Virus record (IMG/VR): IMGVR_UViG_3300023178_000038
Reading direction: 5' to 3' (one strand)
Source: an uncultured virus (IMG/VR IMGVR_UViG_3300023178_000038)
Taxonomy: Duplodnaviria > Heunggongvirae > Uroviricota > Caudoviricetes
Length of the DNA: 64,000 nucleotides
Shown one piece after another: positions 8,843-18,982 of this stretch. Below the pieces are notes generated by a model that had not been told where the DNA came from, ran no database searches, and was given only the letters and a program-made list of their open reading frames with translations. Within the stretch, counting starts at the first letter, position 1; each line of letters starts with the position of its first letter. A program made the translations under genes and the position numbers.

Positions 8843-11800
8843 GCTTCTCCCTGCTGTACGGGCAAATATGCACCGTATTCTAACATTGTATCATAATCGT
8901 ACTCCAAATCCTCTAAGAACTGTGTTCTTTCTTGGAATAAAGGTAATAGTAAGTTTTGTGCTATTACGTAAAAGTCATCATTACTAACAGATATTTGACC
9001 TATAAAATCTCTAAGTTGTTGTCTTTCAAGTAACATTGTACGTGATGTACGCCAACCATTAGCTGATAATCCACGACCTAATGATTTCTTTTCTAGTATT
9101 TTTATATAATCTAATACTTGTGCAACAGCTTGTCCTGTTTCTGATCCACGTAATTTAGGTTCATCTTCCCATCTTTTAAGTTCATCAAATTGTTGATCTA
9201 ATGTACCTCGTTGTGGTAGTCCTGGTATTGTTGTGTCAAATCCAGGAAACCTTTGTGCTGCTACATTTCTTTTAACAGCAAGTAATCTACTTCTCTGTTT
9301 TGCTTGGTATGGATCAGTAATATCAAATTGTTGTAATGTAGCTATACGCTCTTCTTCCATATAGAACTCACCTAATCTTTGGTTACGTGTAGCAACCCAT
9401 TCTTCTGGTGTTAATGGTTCTCTTTGCTCATTGTATATAGTTCTTGTATATGCTTCGTAATCAAAAGCACCACCACCGCCATTAGGTACAGCGTAAAATG
9501 CAGTAAGTTTATATTCATCAAATAACTCTGGATTTTCTTTTTCAAACTGTACACCACGTTCATCTACTGGTCTAGGTTCTACAACAATAGATTTAGGTGT
9601 AGATATATCTAAAGGATTAAAACCAAATTCATCTATAAAATACTTAGTTGCAGAATAGTTATCACCTGGTGCATATAAGAAATCACCGCTAACTGGATCT
9701 TTAGGTGGTGTCTCTATAAGTTCTCTGTATCTATCTGCAAGTATTTGCATAGAGTAAAGCGATCCTGCATTTCTTGGATCACCTATATCAAAACGTGGAT
9801 TTAATCCTGTAGGACCAACAAACTGTGAAAATGCTTTAATCATAGTTAAATTTTTACCAATAGAACGTGCCTTCTCTAATAATCTTTGTTGTGCTTCTGG
9901 CGTCATATCATCTTCACCATTAGCTTTTAATACTCTATATACATCAATAGTTGTGTTAGCAGCAATACGTGATAACTCACCTGGTGCTGCGTCTTCATTA
10001 AATGCAAACATTGCACGTCCTGCATTTTTTAACCACGCAGGTACACCTGCTTCTTGTACTAAATCACCAATATTTTTTACTCTTGGTAAACCGTATGGAA
10101 ATAAAAACTTTTGTGTCTCTTCAAATTTAGGTGTACCTTCTAGTACAAATGACGCAGGTATAGCTGCTACTGGACCAATACCAGGCACAACTTCTAATGC
10201 TAAGTTAAGAGAACCTGCATATCCTGGTAATCGTACACCAACATTTCTGTCTGCACCAAACAATGCGTCAGATACTAACTCATTAACTATTGGATAATAA
10301 AATACTTCTTCACCAGTTATTTCATCTTCAGCTAAAAATCCTTCACCTTCTACAGGACTAAATGGATTTTCGTCTCTAAGTGCTTGTACTGTTACTTGAC
10401 CTCTTCTAGCTATTTCTGGATTTTCTTTTAATAATTTTGCCCATGTAGTTAATATTTCTACGTATGCTTCACCAAAAGGAAATATACCTCTAAGATTGTA
10501 GGTTATCTTACTACGTTTACTTAGATCGTAAAGTAAGTCTTGTAGCTCTGACAATGCAATAGATTTAGCAAAATTGTCAATATATTCTGCGTCTATAAAG
10601 CCATCATCAAAACCTGCAAGAGTTCCTAGATATTCTATTTCTCTACCTTCTTCTGCTGTGTAATTATCTAAATCACGAATAAGATCATCTTTTTGTTTTG
10701 TTAATGCTTGTATTTCATCTTCGTCTATAGCATTAGCAATTTTGTCATCTATATCGTCTATTTCTGCTTGACCTTTTCTTCTAACTTTTTGTAAGTCATT
10801 TGTCATCTTTTGTATTTCATCTGTGTTGTCTACAAACTTAGTTCCTAGTTTTGCGTCTGCTTCGTTTAATTCTTTTACTCTACGTTCAAACATATCTAAA
10901 TTTATTTCTGTATCTGCTTTACGTAGTTTTTGTGCAGGTAAACCTATATCAGCTTTTATACTGCTTAGTAAATTTTCGTTAGGTATATTAGATTTTCTTG
11001 CACCAGACACTTTTATTGTTTTACCACCTGCTCTATAATTTTTACCTTCTAATAAAACTGTACGCATAGCAGGTGTCATACGTGGTAGTAAGTCATAAAC
11101 TGCACGCCAATATGCTTGTCTAAATACTGGTGATCTTGAAGCGTTATCTGTACGTTGTCCCATAATAACGTCAAAGCCATTTTCTATAAATCGTTCTAAC
11201 CATTTACTATCATCTAATAAAGTACCTTCTATAGGTGCTGTAACAAGTTCTGGTAAGCTATCTCCATATTCTTCTATAATTGTGTCGTAATATTTATTAG
11301 CTGCTTTACGCATAGACTTGTCATCTAGCTTTGTAAAACCTTTTCCAAATATTGCAAACAAATCATCTAATGTTTCTATACCAGTTAAACCATCTAATTC
11401 AGGAATAAAATATTTCATCTCACCACCAACTTCTATAGTTTCTGTAGCTTGTTTAATTTGTTGCGGTGTAGGATTATTTATCCATACGCCTTTATCGCTT
11501 TCTTTTGCAATCTTACCTAATTTACCACTTATCATCATGTCGTATAAATCTTCATTACGTGGTCTATCTATACGCAACGGAAACGGATTTTTACTAAAAT
11601 CTATTTCATCAAAATCAAATTTATTTAATAAATCATCTAACACTGCAAGGTCTTCATCAAAAGCACCGCCTGCTACTTGCTGTAACCTAGCTTCTACAGA
11701 TTTAGCGTAAACATATCTACCACCTGCTGTTTGCATAATATCTTCATATCTTGATCCACCTTTTGCATACTCTTCTATTACTTTTTTAGCTGCAGGACTT

Positions 11801-14316
11801 TCGCCTTTTACCCATTCTTTTAATTTGTTTTGTCTTGCTACTGGATTGTTTTTACCTTTAAATAACAATTCGTATAAATCATCTTGATATATTTTTGCTA
11901 CTTCATTTGTCCATGCTCTTACAAATTTATTTGCACTTGCTTTATCTCCTGCATTTAGTCCTGCAAAAGATTGTGTTTTTTCTAATATATCGTAATCATG
12001 AGGTCCTGCTTTTTTACGCCTACCTTGTTGTCTTCTTTGTGATCTTTGCGCACCACCAAATGCTTCGTCATTGTTGTTAGCACCACGCATACGTGAAGAT
12101 CCTTGTTTCCACTCTAAACTTTCTGCTAGTGGATCTCCAAACAAATCTTTGAACTCTACATCTTTTTGTGTCCATCTTTTTGCTTGTGCAGCGTCTGTTT
12201 TTTTAAGTAAAGATAAAGAAATTAAAGACAATGGTCTTGAAAATATATTGTCATAACCTCTTGTATACATACGTAGTTGTTCTTCTCCAACTACACGTAG
12301 CAACCATGCACCACGTAACAATACAGCAGGTTTCCAAAACTCTGTGTAATACCAATCTATATTTTTACCAACAATACCTTTTTGCATTGACTTAGGATAT
12401 TTTCCTATAAAATCATCAAATGCTTTTGTACCGCCTAATTTATTTCTAAGTATTGACATAGAGTTCATAGCTTTAGCTAGTTGTCCTGCGTCTGGCATAG
12501 GTATAGTTCTATTAATAAATTCTGTAGTAAGATGTGCGTCTGCTATTGGTCTCATTTTACCTTCTACTACAACTGGTTTCATTTTCATACCTGCATGCCT
12601 AACATTCTGACCTGTGTATGCGTCTATAAAGTATTTACGCATGTCATCAAATGTTTCACTAAATATACGTGTAAATGCTGCAGCGTCTCTTGCGTCAACT
12701 TTATAGTTATCTACTAAGTCTTTACCTACCTCATCTAACATTTCAGTAGCAATTCTGAATAAACCTGCTTGATCACCATTTTCTAATACCATAGCTTCTT
12801 TTAATAATCTGTCTTTTGTATTTCTGTTTAAATCAGAATTGTCTAACCATTTTTTTATTTCATCAAAAGATTGTTCTATATTTTCGCTATCTAAATAACG
12901 TGCAGGTAAATCTTTAGTATAAGTTGCCATAATACGTGCAGCTCTACTATTGCTATCCATCATTGACAGTTTTACAACTTTTTTTGCACCAAACAACTGA
13001 CCTGTGCCTTCAGGTACGTTTTTAGATATTGCTTCTGTTGCACCGCCTAAAAATCTACCTATTGCACCTACAGTAGGTTTTGTTGTTCCAAATGGTAAAT
13101 CTCTAAAACCTATAGACTGATCTACGAGTTCTGCCATATTTATAACTTTTTCGTCTGCTGTCTTAGTAAAGTCTTGTGATATATTCATAAAACGTTGTAC
13201 TACTTTTGGATCTGTTATGCCTGTAATATCCATAAACTTGCTTTCTGATTGCAAATTAGATAAATATTTTACAAACTTCATACCGCCTGGATCTTTGTTT
13301 AAATAATCTGTAACAGATTTAGGTGACAAAAACGGTAATCCCCAACCTCTTTTAACTAGACCTAATTGTGCTTTTTCTGCGTCTGTAAACTTTGTATCAG
13401 TTTTTTTAATCATGTTTATAAGGTTGTCACTAGGTGCAAGTGTTTTTCTTGATTTAGCTAATGCGCCTGCGCCTAATGTAAGATAGTTTGCAGGATCTAA
13501 AAACAATGCTTTACCTGCGTCTAATAATCCTGATACAACGTTAAAACCTTTTGTGCCAGGTTCTGTCATACCTAATGCAACTGTTCTACCTAAAGATATA
13601 GGTACAGCTACTTCTTCACCAGTTCCTAATTGTCTTGTAATAGTAAACTGACCACTGTCTTCTTGCATACGTCTATCTATTTCTGTAATAGCAGAACCTA
13701 ATTGATTTTGTATAATGTTTTGCGCACGTGTATTGTCAAAACCAGATTGTATAAGATATTTATATTCGTCATAATATTTACTGTTTGGATTGTCTGGATC
13801 AAATACATCAGAGTTTGGTAACAAACCGTCACCTAAATTAACCTCTTTACCTTGTGCTAAATTACTAAACACTTGTCTAACGGTTGATTTACCTGACTGC
13901 TTGTATGCGTCTGCAAATGTAAGATCCTCTGCTTTGTCACCTATAGTTGCAGCAATCATAGAGTTAATTGGTCTATCTACAGATGTTCTATATAAATCTT
14001 CTAAAGCAAGTAATCCAAATCTAACTGCACCTTTTAATGGATCGAATACTTTATCTACTAATGATTTTTTATTATGTTCTAATATTCTTTCTGACAATGT
14101 ACGCAAAACTTCTGCTTCTGGTTTTACTTGTAGCATTGTAAGAGATGTAATAACATCTGGTGAAAAGTTAGGATACAACTGTGCTATTGCTGTTGCACGT
14201 TGTGCGTCTTCTTTTGTTACACTAGCTTGCGCTCTGTTCCATTGTGTTTTTCTAGCTTGTAACTCTTTATATAAGTCTTGTTCTGACTTAGGATTGTCAA
14301 AATGAAATACACCCAT
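8839..14316 (-). CDS. Large internal virion (ejection) protein
   Basis: 1825 aa helical protein after portal; homologue 53869-59253; size and position as podovirus ejectosome proteins. Confidence 0.65.
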   Translation of the reverse strand: MGVFHFDNPKSEQDLYKELQARKTQWNRAQASVTKEDAQRATAIAQLYPNFSPDVITSLTMLQVKPEAEVLRTLSERILEHNKKSLVDKVFDPLKGAVRFGLLALEDLYRTSVDRPINSMIAATIGDKAEDLTFADAYKQSGKSTVRQVFSNLAQGKEVNLGDGLLPNSDVFDPDNPNSKYYDEYKYLIQSGFDNTRAQNIIQNQLGSAITEIDRRMQEDSGQFTITRQLGTGEEVAVPISLGRTVALGMTEPGTKGFNVVSGLLDAGKALFLDPANYLTLGAGALAKSRKTLAPSDNLINMIKKTDTKFTDAEKAQLGLVKRGWGLPFLSPKSVTDYLNKDPGGMKFVKYLSNLQSESKFMDITGITDPKVVQRFMNISQDFTKTADEKVINMAELVDQSIGFRDLPFGTTKPTVGAIGRFLGGATEAISKNVPEGTGQLFGAKKVVKLSMMDSNSRAARIMATYTKDLPARYLDSENIEQSFDEIKKWLDNSDLNRNTKDRLLKEAMVLENGDQAGLFRIATEMLDEVGKDLVDNYKVDARDAAAFTRIFSETFDDMRKYFIDAYTGQNVRHAGMKMKPVVVEGKMRPIADAHLTTEFINRTIPMPDAGQLAKAMNSMSILRNKLGGTKAFDDFIGKYPKSMQKGIVGKNIDWYYTEFWKPAVLLRGAWLLRVVGEEQLRMYTRGYDNIFSRPLSLISLSLLKKTDAAQAKRWTQKDVEFKDLFGDPLAESLEWKQGSSRMRGANNNDEAFGGAQRSQRRQQGRRKKAGPHDYDILEKTQSFAGLNAGDKASANKFVRAWTNEVAKIYQDDLYELLFKGKNNPVARQNKLKEWVKGESPAAKKVIEEYAKGGSRYEDIMQTAGGRYVYAKSVEARLQQVAGGAFDEDLAVLDDLLNKFDFDEIDFSKNPFPLRIDRPRNEDLYDMMISGKLGKIAKESDKGVWINNPTPQQIKQATETIEVGGEMKYFIPELDGLTGIETLDDLFAIFGKGFTKLDDKSMRKAANKYYDTIIEEYGDSLPELVTAPIEGTLLDDSKWLERFIENGFDVIMGQRTDNASRSPVFRQAYWRAVYDLLPRMTPAMRTVLLEGKNYRAGGKTIKVSGARKSNIPNENLLSSIKADIGLPAQKLRKADTEINLDMFERRVKELNEADAKLGTKFVDNTDEIQKMTNDLQKVRRKGQAEIDDIDDKIANAIDEDEIQALTKQKDDLIRDLDNYTAEEGREIEYLGTLAGFDDGFIDAEYIDNFAKSIALSELQDLLYDLSKRSKITYNLRGIFPFGEAYVEILTTWAKLLKENPEIARRGQVTVQALRDENPFSPVEGEGFLAEDEITGEEVFYYPIVNELVSDALFGADRNVGVRLPGYAGSLNLALEVVPGIGPVAAIPASFVLEGTPKFEETQKFLFPYGLPRVKNIGDLVQEAGVPAWLKNAGRAMFAFNEDAAPGELSRIAANTTIDVYRVLKANGEDDMTPEAQQRLLEKARSIGKNLTMIKAFSQFVGPTGLNPRFDIGDPRNAGSLYSMQILADRYRELIETPPKDPVSGDFLYAPGDNYSATKYFIDEFGFNPLDISTPKSIVVEPRPVDERGVQFEKENPELFDEYKLTAFYAVPNGGGGAFDYEAYTRTIYNEQREPLTPEEWVATRNQRLGEFYMEEERIATLQQFDITDPYQAKQRSRLLAVKRNVAAQRFPGFDTTIPGLPQRGTLDQQFDELKRWEDEPKLRGSETGQAVAQVLDYIKILEKKSLGRGLSANGWRTSRTMLLERQQLRDFIGQISVSNDDFYVIAQNLLLPLFQERTQFLEDLEYDYDTMLEYGAYLPVQQGEA

Positions 14317-14319
14317 GTG

Positions 14320-14784
14320 TTATCCGAATTGTTGTGGCGTTCTATTTATTTTTTGTTCCGCAAACTGTAATAAACTTATAAGTTCTGATGAAGGATTTAT
14401 TTGTGCCATTGCCCTAATTAACATAACATCATCTGGTTCTAATAAGCTACTTTCTTGTGCTTGCATACTAGATGGTGTATTTATAGGTGTACCATCACCT
14501 TGTGCAAATATATCACCTACTGCTGGTGGTAAAGGTTGTAATTCTTGTTGTGGTTGTTCTGCAGGTGCAGCAACTGTTGCAGCAGGTTGTTCTACGTTAC
14601 CTTGCCTTACTTGTTCTACAAGTGCTTTTTCTTCTCCTGCACTTTCAGTAACCATACCTCTAACATCTTCTATGCTAGGTGCTTGACCATCAGTTCTCCT
14701 TGCAAGTCTTCCTGGTCCAGAAACAGCAGCAGGTCTTTTTACTCCACCTCTTCTGCCACGTTCTCTACTACTACCATTCGCCAT
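14320..14784 (-). CDS. Conserved hypothetical protein (basic N-terminus, PAAVSGPG motif)
   Basis: Homologue 59253-59708. Confidence 0.65.
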   Translation of the reverse strand: MANGSSRERGRRGGVKRPAAVSGPGRLARRTDGQAPSIEDVRGMVTESAGEEKALVEQVRQGNVEQPAATVAAPAEQPQQELQPLPPAVGDIFAQGDGTPINTPSSMQAQESSLLEPDDVMLIRAMAQINPSSELISLLQFAEQKINRTPQQFG

Positions 14785-15016
14785 TCATATCCTCCTGTTT
14801 TCCAAACCAAATTAACAGACCATTAGGTATATATTGAACTACCATGCCTTGTGGCATATCTGTAATTACTGGCTCTTCTGCATACATTTCATCTTCATGG
14901 TCTGCTATAGCTTCTTCAGTTTTTTGCCATACATCTACTAAACAGTTATTTACTATTTCACTAAATTTGTAATTGTTAACTTCTCTTTCATTGAAAGAAT
15001 TAGCCACCTTGTACAC
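14771..15016 (-). CDS. Conserved small acidic hypothetical protein
   Basis: Homologue 59692-59922. Confidence 0.6.
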   Translation of the reverse strand: MYKVANSFNEREVNNYKFSEIVNNCLVDVWQKTEEAIADHEDEMYAEEPVITDMPQGMVVQYIPNGLLIWFGKQEDMNGEW

Positions 15017-16757
15017 CTCCTAGTAATAACGATCGTATATCTGGTGCAGGTCCTTGTGGCACTGGTGCTTGTCCGCCACCTAATGCTTGCTCTAATAATG
15101 CAGCTTCATTTTCTGGTACCTCTGGTTCTTCTGCTGTGTAAAACTTGTCAAGTATAGATTGCATAGAGTTTGGATTTTTATATATCTGTACAAGCGCCAT
15201 AGTTGCTTTAGGATCGCCTTGACTTGCTTGCACTTTAAGTGTCTCAAACAATGTACGTTCTGCTTCGTCTTTTAATATTCTATCGTTAATCTTTTGTACG
15301 TTATCTAGTCCGTCCATGTTTTCTTGCAAAGTCTCTTTGTCTATAATACCTGCTTGTAATAATTGTAATCCAGAGACAATCTTTGTTGGTTCATCAAAAC
15401 CTGCCATTACACCATACACACGTCTAGTCTTGTACATACCTGATATGTCTGCGCTAGGTGTATATTGTTCTGCAAACGCTGTGCCTTTTAGAAATCCTGC
15501 TAATGGTTTTTTACTATTGCCATTAAGTGCTTCGTCCATCTCTAAACGTTTATAATCAATTTCTTCTATTGCTGTTTTTAATGCTAACTGATATTCTTTT
15601 ACGTTTAGATCAACAGACGATAGTAACTCTTGCAATCCCCTACCTGTTACAAACGAGTTAGGAGATATAGCGTCATCACTGACTGGATAACTAGAACCAA
15701 CACGTAATTGTCGTTCTATTCTGTCTATTTGTGTAAATAACTGATACGGAACATTGTTAGGTGGTTTAGCAACTTGTGAACCAGGTGTTAAGTAATTGAC
15801 TGCAAATCTACCACGTTTGTAGTTCCCGCTCTCTAATTCACCAACGATATTCGTTTCTGTAAATACACTATCTTCCATAGCAATTATGGATAAGACGTTA
15901 ATCTTTGCCATAGCTGCCATCAAACCTAATACATGGTCATATTGACCTGTTAGTCTGTCAAAACTAAATCTCTTTGATATAACAAAGCGAGGTCCTGACT
16001 TTAATGGATTTGGTGTAAAATCTAATATTTGTTTTGTATCTGGTAAAAATACGTATGTACCATCTTCGTCATAGTATTCTACTAATTCTGTACCATCAGC
16101 TAAATGGTTATCCCAACTTCTTTGGAAACCATCATGGTATTTAAACTTACTATATCCAGAAGGAAACTGACTGCTTTCATCTATAGCAACGTTTGCTTGT
16201 GGATACATTTGTTTTATAACTGCATTAGGAACAAGTCGTATTAATGCAAGTTCTTTTGGATCTTGGTCAGGTCCATAATATCCTGGATAACAGTCATACG
16301 GATCTCGTAGTTCTGCATGAGGATACATTACGCCATCTGGTGACATCTTCTGTCTTATAATCCATACACAGAAACCATAACCAGGTAGCCATCTTGCTGC
16401 CTGTGGTAACTGCATATCCATCTTAGAGTAACTGTCTAAGTTAGTTACAATACGCTCTAATTTTTCTGCTTTGTTTTTAGCACGTTCACTGTCTGCATAC
16501 TGATCAACTTTGATGTCGGGCATACGTCCTAATTTTTGTGCTAAGTGTTCTAATCCTGAATTTATAAGATTAGGTACAGGTAAATCTATATCATAGTTTT
16601 TTGCGCTCTCACCTAACAATGCTGCTATACCATTGCTTCCACCGTTCATAATAGAACGAACTCTATCACGATACTCATAGTGTCCACTATGTTCGTGCAT
16701 GCCTTTTAAGTCGTCTGTTTTAATTAATAATTCGTCAGGTGTTAAAACCATTACCAA
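15000..16757 (-). CDS. Portal protein, copy A
   Basis: 585 aa immediately after terminase; near-identical homologue 59906-61660. Confidence 0.8.
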   Translation of the reverse strand: MVMVLTPDELLIKTDDLKGMHEHSGHYEYRDRVRSIMNGGSNGIAALLGESAKNYDIDLPVPNLINSGLEHLAQKLGRMPDIKVDQYADSERAKNKAEKLERIVTNLDSYSKMDMQLPQAARWLPGYGFCVWIIRQKMSPDGVMYPHAELRDPYDCYPGYYGPDQDPKELALIRLVPNAVIKQMYPQANVAIDESSQFPSGYSKFKYHDGFQRSWDNHLADGTELVEYYDEDGTYVFLPDTKQILDFTPNPLKSGPRFVISKRFSFDRLTGQYDHVLGLMAAMAKINVLSIIAMEDSVFTETNIVGELESGNYKRGRFAVNYLTPGSQVAKPPNNVPYQLFTQIDRIERQLRVGSSYPVSDDAISPNSFVTGRGLQELLSSVDLNVKEYQLALKTAIEEIDYKRLEMDEALNGNSKKPLAGFLKGTAFAEQYTPSADISGMYKTRRVYGVMAGFDEPTKIVSGLQLLQAGIIDKETLQENMDGLDNVQKINDRILKDEAERTLFETLKVQASQGDPKATMALVQIYKNPNSMQSILDKFYTAEEPEVPENEAALLEQALGGGQAPVPQGPAPDIRSLLLGGVQGG

Positions 16758-18667
16758 AAAACCTCGTTGTATTCACTCTGCTTATAATAGTTATAAGAAG
16801 GAGTATAGTCGCTCTCTGCTTCAGCTAACATCATTTTTACGTTTGTGCGTATACGTTTCATTGGAAACCAACTTGCCATAACTAAGTCAGTTTTTGTTTT
16901 AACATTACGTGAATTACTTGCACCTGCTTGTGAAAAATATATAAGCTGTTGTCTAAAAATATTTACTTTACGTTTTGTTGCAGCGTCTCCCCATGCTAAA
17001 TTTATCTTTTGGTTTTCATACATACCTACCATACTGGTAACACCGAATGTAGGATCCCATTTGTTTTTATAGGTTTGATGTCCTTCTATTCTGACACCGT
17101 GACTTGCTGCCCAGTTACGTATATCTCTGTCTTGTCCTATAGCACGTTGAAAACCGTTTTCTTCTACTATCCAATGTGATAACCAATACTTGTCATACCA
17201 CTCTTTCATTAATGCGTGTGCTTTTTGTATACCACCGCCTTGATCGTTTTTTATATCTACAAGCCATACTTGTTGTGTTTTTACATTATACGCCCATAAC
17301 ACTGCTGCCTGGTATCCCGTACTTGCGGGATCTAATCCTGCAATAAGTGTTGTATGTGGTGGTATGTCACCTAACTTACGTGATGGATCTAAACAACTAT
17401 CTACTGCTTCTGCTGTAAACAAACTCATACCGTCTGGTATAGCTTTGTTAAGATAGACCATTTCAAATATATTTCTACCACCTGTTGTCTCTGCTGCAGC
17501 TAATTGTTCTAATAACCATTTATGAGAACGCTTGCCTGACCATAACATGTGTTCTGTATGGTCTATAGTTTCATCTTCTAGTGGTACTTCTAAATCATGC
17601 GCACGGTCTACAATACTTTCCCATGCTTTGTTTTCTAAGAGGTGATGGTATAAATCGTCTGGGTGCTGTCTTGATCCAATGACGACCATTCCTGTATGTT
17701 CCTCTTTTCTTGACTGTAGCGTTGTGGTCCACCAGTTCCTGGTGTTTTCTCTAGCACTTGGTTGCACAGTGCTTCCATGATCTTCGATGTCGTCTGCAAT
17801 AATAAGGTCTGCGTCTCTGGAAAGGATTTTACCTCCTTTTCCAATTGCGACAAGAGTTGGCGACTTAATACCAGAGACTGTTCTAGTTGCAACAGTAAAT
17901 TGACTGGACGACCAACTTTTTCCTGAACGATTAGCAGGTCTAAATCCGTCCCAGTCTCCGTAATCTTGGATAAGTCCTTCATTATTCTCCAAATGGTCTA
18001 ATACCGCACCAACACTGTTCTTTGCAATATCCTCGTTACCACCGCACCACATGATACGAATGTTAGGATTTTTACATATCATGTATACGCAAAAGTGTGT
18101 TAACAAGTCTGTTTTACCATGTCTAGGTGGTGACAGTATCATTAACCTGTTCCCATGTTTTATACTATCTAAGATAGCACCAATCCACTTCTTTTGAAAG
18201 TCAGGTGTTTCATAATTCTTACCTTGTTCTGTTAAAAAGTAATCATCTCTAAATTTTACAAAGTCGTCTACGTCCGCTTCCTGGATTTCCCCCACAACCG
18301 CTTTTGTACGTTTTTCGTACTCTGCTTCTTTTGCCATATCTTCTACATACGCTGCCATAGCCCTACTAACAGTTGCTTGGCTACAGTTCAGTATGTCGGC
18401 AATTTCTTTTTTAGTTTTGCTACCTGATAAAATGTCGTTAAAAAAATTTTTTTTCTTCATAATGGCGTAGTAGTCTCCCCTACGCTTCTGTATGTTTGGA
18501 TCTACGTCTTTTACAACCTGTATATCTTTTGCACTCTTCTTTGCCCTATATGCCCTCTTCTTTACTCTGTTAGCGCACTTGTCGCTACAGTATTTTTGCC
18601 TACCTTCTGGTAAAGGGGACACACAATCAGAAGCTGTACAAAGTGTGTTTTTTTCTTTATTTGACAT
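16751..18667 (-). CDS. terL: Terminase large subunit with N-terminal Zn-ribbon and HTH, copy A
   Basis: Walker A SPPRHGKT, Walker B LIIADD, nuclease GLDPA; start MSNKE chosen by alignment with copy B. Confidence 0.92.
   Translation of the reverse strand: MSNKEKNTLCTASDCVSPLPEGRQKYCSDKCANRVKKRAYRAKKSAKDIQVVKDVDPNIQKRRGDYYAIMKKKNFFNDILSGSKTKKEIADILNCSQATVSRAMAAYVEDMAKEAEYEKRTKAVVGEIQEADVDDFVKFRDDYFLTEQGKNYETPDFQKKWIGAILDSIKHGNRLMILSPPRHGKTDLLTHFCVYMICKNPNIRIMWCGGNEDIAKNSVGAVLDHLENNEGLIQDYGDWDGFRPANRSGKSWSSSQFTVATRTVSGIKSPTLVAIGKGGKILSRDADLIIADDIEDHGSTVQPSARENTRNWWTTTLQSRKEEHTGMVVIGSRQHPDDLYHHLLENKAWESIVDRAHDLEVPLEDETIDHTEHMLWSGKRSHKWLLEQLAAAETTGGRNIFEMVYLNKAIPDGMSLFTAEAVDSCLDPSRKLGDIPPHTTLIAGLDPASTGYQAAVLWAYNVKTQQVWLVDIKNDQGGGIQKAHALMKEWYDKYWLSHWIVEENGFQRAIGQDRDIRNWAASHGVRIEGHQTYKNKWDPTFGVTSMVGMYENQKINLAWGDAATKRKVNIFRQQLIYFSQAGASNSRNVKTKTDLVMASWFPMKRIRTNVKMMLAEAESDYTPSYNYYKQSEYNEVFW
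17635..17982 (-). CDS. Candidate overprinted gene nested in terL (alternative frame, 115 aa)
   Basis: Same start, stop and length at 62538-62885; GGAG-AATA-ATG RBS; locally suppressed synonymous change. Confidence 0.45.
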   Translation of the reverse strand: MKDLSKITETGTDLDLLIVQEKVGRPVNLLLQLEQSLVLSRQLLSQLEKEVKSFPETQTLLLQTTSKIMEALCNQVLEKTPGTGGPQRYSQEKRNIQEWSSLDQDSTQTIYTITS

Positions 18668-18689
18668 ATCTATATGGTATAGTGTAGCA

Positions 18690-18910
18690 TACAGGAACAA
18701 GCATTGTGGTATTCCTGCCTATACAAGTACCACAAGTTCAGGATCTCGTTTAGAAGGTTGGATTAGCAGGACCGCCTTAGTCGTGGGTTGAGCCACATTC
18801 CTCACATTTTATTTATTAGAGAGAGAGCAAAAACGTTACTACACTTAATAAACTGGTTTGGGTTGGGAGTGACACAGGGTTAGCTACACCTACAACGACT
18901 ACTCGACTGT
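18690..18910 (+). ncRNA. Conserved structured RNA with covarying hairpin and probable pseudoknot
   Basis: Stem 18704-13/18726-35 with compensatory and wobble changes vs 63598-607/63620-29; loop CCTGC complementary to GCAGG 18766-70; upstream TGnTATAGT. Confidence 0.65.
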
Positions 18911-18934
18911 AAGATTACAGATATTAGTGCGACT

Positions 18935-18982
18935 GCACTATATCTTGTAATATACCACATATAGTACCACTATATATAGTAT
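18935..18982. promoter_or_regulatory. Three NrdR-box-like palindromes overlapping a TATACT -10 (18980-85)
   Basis: GCACTATATCTTGTAA, ATACCACATATAGTAC, CCACTATATATAGTAT vs consensus acaCwAtATaTwGtgt; outer boxes 32 bp apart. Confidence 0.6.
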
